Shown here: piece after piece, positions 35,893 through 44,990 of the stretch
How positions within the stretch are numbered: position 1 is the stretch's first letter
Layout: each line of letters starts with the position of its first letter
The notes under the pieces: model-generated
Told to the model about the DNA's origin: nothing
The model's database searches: none
The model's input: only the letters and a program-made list of their open reading frames with translations
DNA from: a virus
Taxonomy: Duplodnaviria > Heunggongvirae > Uroviricota > Caudoviricetes
IMG/VR virus record: IMGVR_UViG_3300021440_000001
DNA: 64,000 nt
Direction: 5' to 3' (one strand)
Position numbers and translations under genes: made by a program

Positions 35893-36299
35893 AGCTGTTC
35901 GCAGTTCGTAAAGACGGCGGGCCTGATTCAAACGTAACTGGGTATTGGCTTGTTGAGTGCAAGCCTTTATTCTCAATAGCCCTGTTGAAGTTTGAGAAAG
36001 GCTCTAGAGAGGCGTTTCACTCTCACGCATTCAACGCAGTATCTTGGATACTGAGTGGCGAGTTGAAAGAAGAGCGCATCATCGACGGGCAGAAGGTGCT
36101 GAAGACCTTCAAACCAAGTCTAAAGCCGATCATCACGACTAAGCATAATCTACACCGTGTACACGGTATCACAGCAACGACGTGGGCACTCTCATTTCGA
36201 GGCCCTTGGGACAAGACGTGGATTGAAATGTTTGACGACGGATCAACAGTCACACTTACAAATGGCCGCCGCATTATTGAAAGGGCTAAGTCACAATGA
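35889..36299 (+). CDS. hypothetical protein (136 aa)
   Basis: ORF, GTGA overlap. Confidence 0.5.
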   Translation: MKLFAVRKDGGPDSNVTGYWLVECKPLFSIALLKFEKGSREAFHSHAFNAVSWILSGELKEERIIDGQKVLKTFKPSLKPIITTKHNLHRVHGITATTWALSFRGPWDKTWIEMFDDGSTVTLTNGRRIIERAKSQ

Positions 36300-36475
36300 C
36301 TCTTAATCAAGAACAAATGACTCCGTGGGAACCTGAGCGTGACCGTCTGACGTTGAAGATTCTCGGCAAACAACTTGAAGAGCTGAATGAACTCGGCTCT
36401 GCAACTGCCCGGTGCATCATTCAAGGCATCGAGGGGCGCGAGCCGGTCACAAAGAAGCCGAGTGCAAGAGAGTAG
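36296..36475 (+). CDS. hypothetical small protein (59 aa)
   Basis: ATGA overlap with the upstream gene. Confidence 0.35.
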   Translation: MTLNQEQMTPWEPERDRLTLKILGKQLEELNELGSATARCIIQGIEGREPVTKKPSARE

Positions 36476-36552
36476 CCGAAGAGTACAAATCCAAAATTGA
36501 CTCTCGTGTATACAAAGCACTGCGGAGTTACACTGTAGACATTACTGATTAA
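36458..36552 (+). pseudogene. C-terminal remnant of a family A HNH-AP2 endonuclease (CKRVAEEYKSKIDSRVYKALRSYTVDITD)
   Basis: matches the last 29 aa of copies 1-4; no upstream coding partner. Confidence 0.55.
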
Positions 36553-36561
36553 AGGAGTAAA

Positions 36562-37362
36562 ATGCTTAGAGCAATTCGTAAACGAAGTGGGGAAGTTGTC
36601 TGGTTTGATGCAAACAAATTAAATCGCTGGGGAGAATGGGCCGCTGGGATCGGAGTAGACTGGAGCGGAGTCGCCCTTGAAGCTACCCGCAAGTGTTTTG
36701 ACGGCTGCACAACTGATGATCTTCACAAGGCATTGATTGCTGCTTGCGTTGACCGAGAGACTACCGCACACCTGAAAATGGCTGGGCGCCTGTATATCGG
36801 CGCAATCTACAAGCAAGCCTTCGGCGATTGGCGTGAAATTCCGAGTGTGCAGGATATGTACCGCAAGATGTCCAAACTCGGCCTATGGGCAGAAATGGAC
36901 TACGCGGAAGAAGAGCTGAGCTACTGCAACGAGTTCATCAACCACGAACTCGACATGCAGGCCACGCTGACGGAAACCAAGCAGATCATCGACAAGTACG
37001 CTATCTCAGACCGGGTTGACAAGAAGGTCTATGAAACTCCGCAGTTTGTGTATATGCGGATGGCCCTCGGCAACATGGAGAAGATGCCGAAAGATCGACG
37101 TATGCAGGACGTGAAGAAGCTGTACACCTTCCTGTCACAGAAGAAGATCAATCCGCCTACGCCGTTCAGCCTAAACCTTGGGACTGAGAAGAAGCAGTAC
37201 GCTTCGTGTTGCGTCTTTACAACAGAGGACTCCGCTTCGAGCCTTGCTGCTGCTGACCACATCGCCTACATGATGACCTGCGCATCGGCTGGCATTGGTG
37301 GGCACATCAAGACCCGTAGCAAGGGCGATAAGGTCCGCCAGGGCGCTATTCAGCACATGGGT
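36562..37362 (+). CDS. nrdA: class I ribonucleotide reductase large subunit NrdA, exon 1 (3' boundary approximate, 37362-37370)
   Basis: ATP-cone-like N-terminus; ...SAGIGGHIKTRSKGDKVRQGAIQHMG aligns with E. coli GGGIGINAGRIRALGSPIRGGEAFHTG. Confidence 0.75.
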
Positions 37363-38181
37363 AAATATTTGCCCCTGTAAGCCGGAAGGTTTACAGAAAA
37401 CCTATTGAATTGCTGGAAGGCTAAGGCGCAAGCTATGCTAATCAGCAGGGAAGGCTTCAAGTACGACCTTTACGAAAGGAGGTTGTATGCGAAAATACTG
37501 GACGACAGAAGAGATAGAGCTACTGACAGAGTTTGCCTCGTGTGGCAGGTCATTTATTGAACTTGCTACAATGCTTGGGAGAACACTGCAAAGCGTGCAG
37601 CATAAAGCTAGCAAGCTGTCAATTACGTTTGTACGAAAACCTGCCAAAACACTGTACGGTGAAGTGTGGGCGAAGTCTTACGTAGATGATGTTCTAGTCT
37701 CAAATCATGGAAGATTCAAGCGGGCCAGCACCAACTCTCTCCTAAGCGGAACTGTTCTTCAAGACGGCTACGTTCAAGTAGAGGTTTCCAGAAGTGGAGG
37801 CGCGGTCAAATGCTATGCACACCGGCTTGTTGCAGAGGCGTTCGTGGAGAACCCAGACAACAAGCCAGAGGTCAACCATAAGAATAGGAACAAAGCTGAC
37901 AACTCGGCAGAAAACCTAGAATGGGTGACAAGAAGTGAGAACATGATTCACGCCCATGCTACGGGATTTATCCGTAGGTAGGCTATTGTCGTACTTGAAG
38001 CAACCTTCAGAGACTATCGAAAGCACGCGAAAGCGGAAGCGAGTAGAGTAGGAGAGCGAAGCCGATGCGCCTCCGAAGTGGTAGGCACCTGTTTACAGGT
38101 GATGATATAGTCCGATCCTACGCGAAAGCGTATGGCAGCACGTTATGGTGCGGGGCACACTTGCAAAGTGTCCGAACTTTG
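37363..38181 (+). other. group I intron 1 of nrdA with HNH ORF (boundaries approximate to within 10 nt)
   Basis: 5' region AAAACCTATTGAATTGCTGG and 3' core GACTATCGAAAGCACGCGAAAGCGGAAGCGAGTAGAGTAGGA...GATGATATAGTCCGA nearly identical to the pol intron. Confidence 0.65.
37487..37981 (+). CDS. intron-encoded HNH homing endonuclease (paralog of 24116..24631)
   Basis: VNHKNRNKADNSAENLEW; GAAAGGAGGTTGT RBS. Confidence 0.75.
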   Translation: MRKYWTTEEIELLTEFASCGRSFIELATMLGRTLQSVQHKASKLSITFVRKPAKTLYGEVWAKSYVDDVLVSNHGRFKRASTNSLLSGTVLQDGYVQVEVSRSGGAVKCYAHRLVAEAFVENPDNKPEVNHKNRNKADNSAENLEWVTRSENMIHAHATGFIRR

Positions 38182-38658
38182 AAACTTCCATACTACAAGG
38201 TCCAGCAAGCGGCTGTATCGGCCAATTTGCAGGCTTCCCGTGGTGGTGCTAACACGATGCACTTCAACGTCATGGACCCGGAGATTTTCGACCTGCTGAA
38301 GTTGAAGAACGTCCAGACCATTGCCGACAAGCGTATCAAGGACATTGACTACTCTGTAGGGTACAATGACGAGTTCGCCCGACGTGTAGCTGCGAACGAG
38401 TCTTGGATGCTGGTCAGTTACGGTGACGCCCCAGAGTTGTACGAGGCCATGTATGACGGTGACTCGAAGAAGTTTGTCAAGCTCTACTCTGAGGTAGAGG
38501 TAGACGAGAGCATTCAGAAGCAGTTCGTGAGCGCAAGAAAAATTGCCATCACGTTCTTGACTGAAGCTGTTGAAACTGGCAGACTATACGAGCACAACAC
38601 AAGCGAGCTGAATCGTCACACGCCTTTCAAGGACACTATCTACTCTAGCAATTTGTGT
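38182..38658 (+). CDS. nrdA: nrdA exon 2
   Basis: KLPYYKVQQAAVSANLQASRGGANTMHF aligns with E. coli CIPFYKHFQTAVKSCSQGGVRGGAATLFY; ends ...YSSNLC. Confidence 0.7.
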
Positions 38659-38905
38659 TAAATCTAGCACCCTTGCACGGTGACGTGCATTGAACAACCC
38701 ATTGAACTCAGGGGAAACGTAGGAAACGTAATCCTGATCGAAGCCTATTTATAGGAACGAGCAACGACTATCCCGAAAGGGAGTACACCCAAGCGGGTGG
38801 AAGCGGTGGGCATCTCTAAAGGAGATGATGATATAGTCTGGTCTGCATAGGGATATGCAGCAGCCGAAAGGCGGGAAGTGATTAGCGACCACTTCTGAAC
38901 TTACG
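38659..38905 (+). other. ORF-less group I intron 2 of nrdA (247 nt)
   Basis: exon ends in U, intron ends in G; contains GACTATCCCGAAAGGGAGTA...GGAGATGATGATATAGTCTGG core; splicing yields NLC|QEIGLPT, colinear with E. coli NLCLEIALPT. Confidence 0.7.
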
Positions 38906-39898
38906 CAAGAAATCGGCCTTCCGACTCTGGGCTACAACTCAGTGTATGACTTGTACCGGCCTGTGCCGGCTGCGTTCCAAGTTATCGAAGACATGGGCGA
39001 AATTGGCCTGTGCTCTCTTGCAGCTATTGCCGCAGGGCTAGTCAGTGACGAAGAGTATGAAGAGGTTGCCTATTATGCTTCGTTGATGATTGATAACGTC
39101 ATCGACATCATGGAATACCCGTTCCCGCAGTTGAAAGTCACAGCTCAGGCTCGCCGCAGCATTGGAGTAGGCATCACAAACCTCGCCTTTGCGATGGCCA
39201 AGGAAGGGCTGAAGTACAGTACGCTGGAAGGTAAGCAGTACATTTTCAGGCTTGCAGAGCGCCACAGCTATTACCTGCACAAGGCCTCGCTGCGGCTTGC
39301 CAAAGAGCGCGGCATCTGCGAATGGGCTGACCGAACGAAGTATTCTGAAGGCTGGCTTCCCATTGACACGGCGAACAAGGAAATCCAGCGTCTGATTGGA
39401 CAACCTCTGCTGTGTGACTGGGAAGCACTCCGCTCTGAAATGAAGGCTATTGGCGGACTCCGCTTCTCGGTACACGAAGCGCATATGCCATGCGAGTCCA
39501 GCAGCGTTGCTGGTGGGCACACGAACGGCCTGTACCCGATCCGTGCATACAAGGTTGTCAAGACATCTGGAACAAACAAAAACTTGTTCATTGCTCCAGA
39601 ACTTGATACACTTGCATCGAGCTATGAGCTTGCGTGGGAGATTCCTACGAACGACATGATCGACGTGTATGCTATTGTCCAGTGCTTCACTGGTCAGGCT
39701 ATCTCTGCCGACCTGTACATCAAGTACGACAAGGAAGGCAAACGAGAGCTGTCGGCGAAGACGCTGTTGCAAGAGTGGCTGCGACGTGTTAAACTTGGCA
39801 TGAAGACGAAATACTACACTAATTCTTCCACAGGTGTAGAGTTGGACGCTTCTCCGAAAGAAGAAGAAGCCCCGGTGTGTGACAGTTGCTCGCTTTGA
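38906..39898 (+). CDS. nrdA: nrdA exon 3 (C-terminal CxxC tail ...EEAPVCDSCSL)
   Basis: EIGLCSL..., PIDT..., HEAHMPCESSSVAGGHTNGLYP (essential Tyr-Tyr region), C-terminal redox-shuttle Cys pair. Confidence 0.8.
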   Translation, partial: QEIGLPTLGYNSVYDLYRPVPAAFQVIEDMGEIGLCSLAAIAAGLVSDEEYEEVAYYASLMIDNVIDIMEYPFPQLKVTAQARRSIGVGITNLAFAMAKEGLKYSTLEGKQYIFRLAERHSYYLHKASLRLAKERGICEWADRTKYSEGWLPIDTANKEIQRLIGQPLLCDWEALRSEMKAIGGLRFSVHEAHMPCESSSVAGGHTNGLYPIRAYKVVKTSGTNKNLFIAPELDTLASSYELAWEIPTNDMIDVYAIVQCFTGQAISADLYIKYDKEGKRELSAKTLLQEWLRRVKLGMKTKYYTNSSTGVELDASPKEEEAPVCDSCSL

Positions 39899-39899
39899 C

Positions 39900-39925
39900 G
39901 GAAAGGGCTTCGGCCCTTTAACAGT
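39900..39925 (+). terminator. hairpin AGGGCTTCGGCCCT (UUCG loop)
   Basis: stem-loop after nrdA; weak T tract. Confidence 0.35.
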
Positions 39926-39945
39926 TAAGAAAGGACAAAGGACAA

Positions 39946-40572
39946 GTGCCGAAGGCAAAGGACACATCACACATTGACTGGACCACTCACTTCTACTACG
40001 ATGAGATCAGTCCTTCTAAGTTGCGCTGGGCGAGGAATGCCGGCCAAAGGGCACCGATTGGCAGTGTTGCCGGGTGCCTGAACAAAAGTTCACCCTACTA
40101 CCGAGTCAGACTTGATGGGCAGACCTATCAAGTCCAGCGCATCATATGGGAGCTGCACTTCGATGGACTGAAGCCTGAAGATGTTGTTGACCACGAAGAC
40201 GGTAATAGCTTGAACAATTTAATCGGCAATCTTCGGAAAGTGACTACTGAAGTCAATACACGTAACAGGCGGGCACGTACAGACAACTCATCTGGTGTCC
40301 AAGGTGTATCACGTACATCAAACGGTAACGGCTCTTTCTACTGGACCGCTTGCTGGTGCGAATTGAACGGTAAGGCGTGCAGGAAAGCCTTTTCAGTCAA
40401 GAAGTACGGTGATGAAAAAGCATTCAACCTAGCTTGCGATTTCCGCGCTACAGTGATAGACTCCCTCAATGCAAACGGTGCAGGATACACCGACAGACAT
40501 ACCAACTCTTCGACTGGTGTCGATCTTCTGATCGAAGAGCCAGAGCCTGTTTGCGATAGCTGTTCACTGTGA
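39946..40572 (+). CDS. HNH-AP2 homing endonuclease, family B, copy 2, carrying a recoded duplicate of the nrdA C-terminal tail
   Basis: HFYYDEISPSKLRW..., VDHEDGNSLNN; last 22 aa ...TNSSTGVDLLIEEPEPVCDSCSL parallel the nrdA end ...TNSSTGVELDASPKEEEAPVCDSCSL. Confidence 0.75.
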   Translation: MPKAKDTSHIDWTTHFYYDEISPSKLRWARNAGQRAPIGSVAGCLNKSSPYYRVRLDGQTYQVQRIIWELHFDGLKPEDVVDHEDGNSLNNLIGNLRKVTTEVNTRNRRARTDNSSGVQGVSRTSNGNGSFYWTACWCELNGKACRKAFSVKKYGDEKAFNLACDFRATVIDSLNANGAGYTDRHTNSSTGVDLLIEEPEPVCDSCSL

Positions 40573-40614
40573 TACACTGCGGGGCGAAAGCCCCGCCCAT
40601 TCAAGGAGAAACCA

Positions 40615-40839
40615 ATGCCTGTGACTATTCACCGAAACGACTCCCGCGTTCGCACTTACGAAATTGAAGACCTGCAAGACGGGGACGCATACGAGTGCGA
40701 CGGAGACATCTACATCATAAACAAGCACCACGGGGCCGGTGTTGCCGGATTCTCAATCGACGGCAATAGCATCCTCTGGGAAGACAATCTCCATAGCGCC
40801 AAGCTGATCCCTATCAACCTCGAAATCACCGTCTGCTAA
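40615..40839 (+). CDS. hypothetical protein (74 aa)
   Basis: AAGGAGAAACC RBS. Confidence 0.5.
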   Translation: MPVTIHRNDSRVRTYEIEDLQDGDAYECDGDIYIINKHHGAGVAGFSIDGNSILWEDNLHSAKLIPINLEITVC

Positions 40840-41438
40840 TGACTGTATTCAACGCACAAAATACTGAATGGAAGAGCCACTTCTACTACGATGAGACGAG
40901 TCCGACTTGCCTGCGTTGGGCGAGGGAAGTCCGCAGAGGAAAGGAGCTAAGAATTCTATTCAAAGTTTTTGGTGATGTGGCAGGTAGCGTCTCGAAGGGC
41001 TACTCTCAGGTCAGTTTAAGTGGGCGCAATTACAAGGCAGCCAGAGTTGTGTGGGAACTCCACAACGGCCCGATAGAGCTTGGGTTGGACATTGACCACA
41101 TAGATGGGGACATACATAACAACCGTATCGGAAATCTCCGAGCGGTGAAAACCGTCGTAAACACCCGCAACTGTAGGCTGCGCATAGATAACAAGTCTGG
41201 TACAGCCGGTATCTCCAGAGTAGTTAAAAAAGGATATACATACTGGCGCGTAGTTTGGTATTCTATAGAATGTAAGCGACATGAGTTATACTTCTCTGCG
41301 CTAAAGCTTGGAGAGTGTTGGGCAGAAGCCTCTGCAACTAAATTTGCACTCGATAAGAAAATAGCCTTGAATGCTCAAGGTGCAGGGTACACAAATCGTC
41401 ACGGAAAGGAAGTAAATGCCTGTCTTCAATTGCAATAA
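40839..41438 (+). CDS. HNH-AP2 homing endonuclease, family B, copy 3
   Basis: MTVFNAQNTEWKSHFYYDETSPTCLRW, IDHIDGDIHNN. Confidence 0.75.
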   Translation: MTVFNAQNTEWKSHFYYDETSPTCLRWAREVRRGKELRILFKVFGDVAGSVSKGYSQVSLSGRNYKAARVVWELHNGPIELGLDIDHIDGDIHNNRIGNLRAVKTVVNTRNCRLRIDNKSGTAGISRVVKKGYTYWRVVWYSIECKRHELYFSALKLGECWAEASATKFALDKKIALNAQGAGYTNRHGKEVNACLQLQ

Positions 41439-42531
41439 TACTGAGTGGGTTAGCGGAGAGGGTACGCTGTTCCTCGGGCAACAGCCTGGGCTGCACGACA
41501 CTATCAACACGCGGTTCCCAGAGATTTCAAAACTTGCATTGCGGCAGGTATCTCAACGCTGGGTATTTGATGAGTTTAACCACGAGCAGTCCAGGCTCGA
41601 CCTACTGAACTGCCCTGAATCAGTGTACAAAGTAATGCTGATGAACTTGGCGTACCAGTGGCACGCCGACAGTGTAGCAAGCCGGGCTATCGCGCCACTG
41701 TTTGCACCGTTTGTGACAAACTCTGAACTATGGGAAGCACTGTTAGAAAATACCAACATGGAGATTACCCACGCTAAGACGTACAGTGAAATCGTTCGGC
41801 AGTGCGTTGCCGACCCGAGTGAAGTTTTCAAGATGGTAATGGAGAACGAAAAGACCATCGCCCGATCTTCCACGGTCAACAAGGTGTTCGATGGCCTTGC
41901 TGTTATTGGCGCCCTGCGCACGCTGAAAGAAAATGGCGTCAATCAGTTTGCTGTCGGAGAGCAGACGCAGTACAATACGGCGTTCATGGCCGTTGTCGCT
42001 TTGTACTGCCTTGAGCGAATTCAGTTCATGGCGTCATTTGCTGCAACCTTTGCTATTGTCGAGCAAGGCTACTTCCAGAGCATTGGCAAAGCTGTCCAGA
42101 AGATCATGCTTGACGAAATTGCAGTGCATGCAGCACTTGATGCCGAAGTGCTGAAGGTCGAACTTTCTACCGAACGTGGCTTGATCGCTCGAAAAGAGTG
42201 TGGTAAACTGATCCACATGATGCTACAAGAGGTTGTTGACCAAGAGCTTCAGTGGTCAGAATACCTGTTCAGCGAAGGCCGAGCTATCGTTGGACTGAAT
42301 CCTGCGCTGCTGAAAGACTGGGTACGCTACAATGCTCAGCCTGTGTTCGACGCCTTGGGCTATGATTTGGACTGGGATCGCATCACTGTCAACCCGCTTC
42401 CGTGGATGTTATCATGGATAAATATCGATAAAACCCAGAATGCCAACCAGGAGGCAGATGGGAACAATTACGCACTTAATGTCGTTAAAAACGACATTGG
42501 AATCAACGAGGTGTTCGATTTTGAGTTGTGA
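41416..42531 (+). CDS. nrdB: ribonucleotide reductase small subunit NrdB; the first 13 codons derive from a family B endonuclease N-terminus
   Basis: LFLGQQPGLHDTINTRF aligns with E. coli MFFGQPVNVARYDQQKY; ferritin-like E..H motifs; N-terminus MPVFNCNNTEWVS matches MTVFNAQNTEWKS of 40839. Confidence 0.75.
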   Translation: MPVFNCNNTEWVSGEGTLFLGQQPGLHDTINTRFPEISKLALRQVSQRWVFDEFNHEQSRLDLLNCPESVYKVMLMNLAYQWHADSVASRAIAPLFAPFVTNSELWEALLENTNMEITHAKTYSEIVRQCVADPSEVFKMVMENEKTIARSSTVNKVFDGLAVIGALRTLKENGVNQFAVGEQTQYNTAFMAVVALYCLERIQFMASFAATFAIVEQGYFQSIGKAVQKIMLDEIAVHAALDAEVLKVELSTERGLIARKECGKLIHMMLQEVVDQELQWSEYLFSEGRAIVGLNPALLKDWVRYNAQPVFDALGYDLDWDRITVNPLPWMLSWINIDKTQNANQEADGNNYALNVVKNDIGINEVFDFEL

Positions 42532-43327
42532 GTTTAATGAGTATTTCTACTACGATGAGAGTAGTCCGTCATGCTTGCGGTGGAGAATAGAAGTACGTTG
42601 TGGTAATGGGTATAATCGTGCTAAAACAGCAGTTGGCGACGTAGCTGGAACGATTCGTGTATGTACAAACGGTAGACGGTACTGGCAAGTAAAGGTGGCC
42701 GGCAGAGCATACTCTGCGCACCGGATAGTGTGGGAGATACACAACGGTACTATACCTAATGGTTGTGTCATTGATCACGAGAACCAGGATTCGCTTACGA
42801 ATAATATAAGCAACCTCCGCGCAGTAACTCAGGCAGTAAACTGTAGGAACATGCAGCGCAGTGTGGCGAATACCTCTGGTACAACAGGAGTTTGCTTGAG
42901 CACAAACTCCCATGGGACTAAAAGTTGGATGGCAAGCTGGTATGGTCTGGACGGTGTACGGAGGTTCAAGCAATTTAGTACAGGGAAGTTCGGTTACGAC
43001 GAAGGCTACCGCCTTGCATGCGAACACCGCGAAGCAATGATTCGACAACTAAACCTGCAAGGGTGCAGGATACTCTCAACGACATGGAAAGGAACTGATA
43101 CAATGATTTTTGTCTACAGCAAGGGCGCCTGCCCTCAGTGCGACAAACTGAAAGCCGAGCTGAAGATTCACGGAACTGAGTACACTGAGGTCCGCGTCGA
43201 TCAAGACTCAGACGCAATGAAATTTGTCCGAGAAGCAGGACATCGCAGCGTTCCGCAGGTATACTCTGCGTATTGCGGTGGCGAATACATCGGTCAACGC
43301 ATGGTTGACGTTGCCCGATTCATCTGA
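42518..43327 (+). CDS. HNH-AP2 homing endonuclease family B, copy 4 (TTG start), C-terminally truncated and open in frame into the glutaredoxin gene
   Basis: FYYDESSPSCLRW..., IDHENQDSLTNN; loses homology after ...RQLNLQG and runs without a stop into MIFVYSKGACPQCD. Confidence 0.6.
   Translation: MLSCEFNEYFYYDESSPSCLRWRIEVRCGNGYNRAKTAVGDVAGTIRVCTNGRRYWQVKVAGRAYSAHRIVWEIHNGTIPNGCVIDHENQDSLTNNISNLRAVTQAVNCRNMQRSVANTSGTTGVCLSTNSHGTKSWMASWYGLDGVRRFKQFSTGKFGYDEGYRLACEHREAMIRQLNLQGCRILSTTWKGTDTMIFVYSKGACPQCDKLKAELKIHGTEYTEVRVDQDSDAMKFVREAGHRSVPQVYSAYCGGEYIGQRMVDVARFI
43102..43327 (+). CDS. glutaredoxin (NrdH/T4 NrdC-like), 74 aa
   Basis: CPQC active site, ...HRSVPQVY...GG..IG; own AAAGGAACTGAT RBS + ATG inside the longer ORF. 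Confidence 0.7.
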
Positions 43328-43337
43328 AAGGAGAACC

Positions 43338-43541
43338 ATGTTCAAGTCGATTGCAGCTTTTCTTACTTCCCTAGGCGCGTTTGGAGTCCTGGCTTTCGTA
43401 GTCATTTGGATTCTGGCAATCGTTGGCTGGTTTATGAACGTCTACAAGCTGTTTGTGCATCTGCCGCTGTTCGACATCGAAACCATCGTCCGATTGATCG
43501 GACTCTTTCCGTCAGCGGGTGCAATCGTCGGATGGTTCTGA
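43338..43541 (+). CDS. small membrane protein (2 TM)
   Basis: AAAGGAGAACC RBS; hydrophobic. Confidence 0.5.
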   Translation: MFKSIAAFLTSLGAFGVLAFVVIWILAIVGWFMNVYKLFVHLPLFDIETIVRLIGLFPSAGAIVGWF

Positions 43542-43723
43542 TGCGATACATCTTTAACTGGCCTCAGAAAGAAGGTAACGACCTCGCCCCGTGGTACACT
43601 GTGCTGCGTCGGATTGTTGGCCTTCCGTTCGTGTATACTGGGCTGACGCTGACATTTATCGGTGGAACCATCGGGTGGGGTCTTGACTACGCCCGCGACT
43701 GGCTCTACAATCAATCCCGTTGA
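43541..43723 (+). CDS. small membrane protein (60 aa)
   Basis: ATGA-type overlap; hydrophobic segment GLPFVYTGLTLTFIGGTIGW. Confidence 0.4.
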   Translation: MRYIFNWPQKEGNDLAPWYTVLRRIVGLPFVYTGLTLTFIGGTIGWGLDYARDWLYNQSR

Positions 43724-43741
43724 ACTGAAAAGGAGAAAGCA

Positions 43742-43867
43742 ATGTACTTCCGCGATATCGAATCGAAGCCCGGCTACAAGGCCGCCCATGACAAGCTCCA
43801 CAAGGAGCTGTCGGCTGAGCGACTGAAGAAGGTCGTTGCGAAGAAGCGAGCCAAGAAGGCGGGTTGA
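43742..43867 (+). CDS. small basic protein (41 aa)
   Basis: AAAAGGAGAAAGCA RBS; below ORF-track cutoff. Confidence 0.4.
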   Translation: MYFRDIESKPGYKAAHDKLHKELSAERLKKVVAKKRAKKAG

Positions 43868-43982
43868 GCCGTAACAGGCCCGTGCCCAGCGGACACTGGG
43901 CATTTCTAGAAATCCAAACGCTTCTGATGTTTGGATGCACCTGTGGCAAGCTGCCAAAACGACTATACCCAAAGGAGAATAC

Positions 43983-44252
43983 ATGACCGCCATCGCAATC
44001 CAGACCACTGAAGGCACCGTCAACGTCAACGCTGAACTGCTTCGCGCCTACTACACCGAAGCCAGCGAGCTGCTTCAGAGCGAAGCCGACGCAAAAGAGC
44101 AATTCAAGGAAGTCATCGAAGCGCAAGCAGAAGCGATGAACATCGACAAGAAGACCTTGACAAAATACTTCAAGGCTAGGTTCAAGGAAGCCACCAAGGA
44201 GGCTTCTCAACAAGGTCAAGTTTTCGCTCAACTGGACGAAGCTTTCGAGTAA
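43983..44252 (+). CDS. hypothetical coiled-coil protein (89 aa)
   Basis: AAAGGAGAATAC RBS. Confidence 0.5.
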   Translation: MTAIAIQTTEGTVNVNAELLRAYYTEASELLQSEADAKEQFKEVIEAQAEAMNIDKKTLTKYFKARFKEATKEASQQGQVFAQLDEAFE

Positions 44253-44261
44253 GTAGTTGTG

Positions 44262-44295
44262 CTAGCCCGCAAATTGCGGGCTTTTCTTTATTTGA
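44262..44295 (+). terminator. rho-independent terminator GCCCGCAAATTGCGGGCTTTTCTTTATTTG
   Basis: perfect stem + T-run. Confidence 0.75.
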
Positions 44296-44309
44296 AGGAG
44301 AGAAAATAG

Positions 44310-44888
44310 TTGGTTGAAGACTTCAAAAACAATCGCGGGATGTGGACCTATCAGCCAAGAATTAACGGGAAGCAAGTGTTCACTGTCGGAGGCCAGTATT
44401 ACAATGCGATGGCTAATAGGTGCAAACCAGGAGGATACGTTCAGAAGAACCACCACACTTACATTGGCTGCACTACTACTTTCAAGTCTTGCCACGACTT
44501 TATTGAATGGGCAAGGAACCAAATTGGGTATGGATCAGGGCAATTAGACAAAGATATTCTGTTAAAAGGAAATAAAGTGTACTGCCCAGAGCTTTGCGTG
44601 TTTGTGCCAAAGGCAGTTAACGTGCTTTTTACAAAACATGATGCCGCGAGAGGTAACTGGCCGATTGGCGTGAGCTGGGATAAAGAAAAAGAGAAGTTTC
44701 AGGCAGGTTTCAGAGTCAAAGGAAAGCGGAAACACCTAGGCCGCTTCTCAACTCCAGAGGCAGCTTTCGCAGCTTATAAAACTGCCAAAGAAGCCGGATG
44801 TAACCGGCTCGCAGTAGAATATAAGCCACAAATCGACCCTCGTGTATACCAAGCCTTGCTTAACTACACTGTTGAAATTGACGACTAA
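44310..44888 (+). CDS. HNH-AP2 homing endonuclease, family A, copy 4 (TTG start)
   Basis: LVEDFKNNRGMWTY...YIGCTTTFKSCHDFIEW...AP2 tail; 70-80% identical at protein level to copy 1. Confidence 0.8.
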   Translation: MVEDFKNNRGMWTYQPRINGKQVFTVGGQYYNAMANRCKPGGYVQKNHHTYIGCTTTFKSCHDFIEWARNQIGYGSGQLDKDILLKGNKVYCPELCVFVPKAVNVLFTKHDAARGNWPIGVSWDKEKEKFQAGFRVKGKRKHLGRFSTPEAAFAAYKTAKEAGCNRLAVEYKPQIDPRVYQALLNYTVEIDD

Positions 44889-44947
44889 AAAAAAAAGCTA
44901 ACCCTTTCGAGTTAGCTCTAAATGCTTACCACAGCATAATCATTTAG

Positions 44948-44990
44948 CCCACCATGAGAAATCGTGGTGGGCTTTTGCTTTACTTGGCTT
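44948..44990. terminator. bidirectional terminator AGCCCACCATGAGAAATCGTGGTGGGCTTTTGCTTT at the replication/structural module junction
   Basis: 10-bp stem, T-run on plus, A-run (= U-run on minus) upstream. Confidence 0.65.

Noticed and set aside
39038-39970. 310-aa minus-strand ORF
   Set aside because: Antisense to nrdA exon 3, which has strong homology support.
42440-42517. ATG-initiated 5' part of ORF 42440-43327 (MPTRRQMGTITHLMSLKT...)
   Set aside because: It lies inside the nrdB coding region in another frame. Endonuclease homology starts only at about 42518 (TTG...EFNEYFYYDE).
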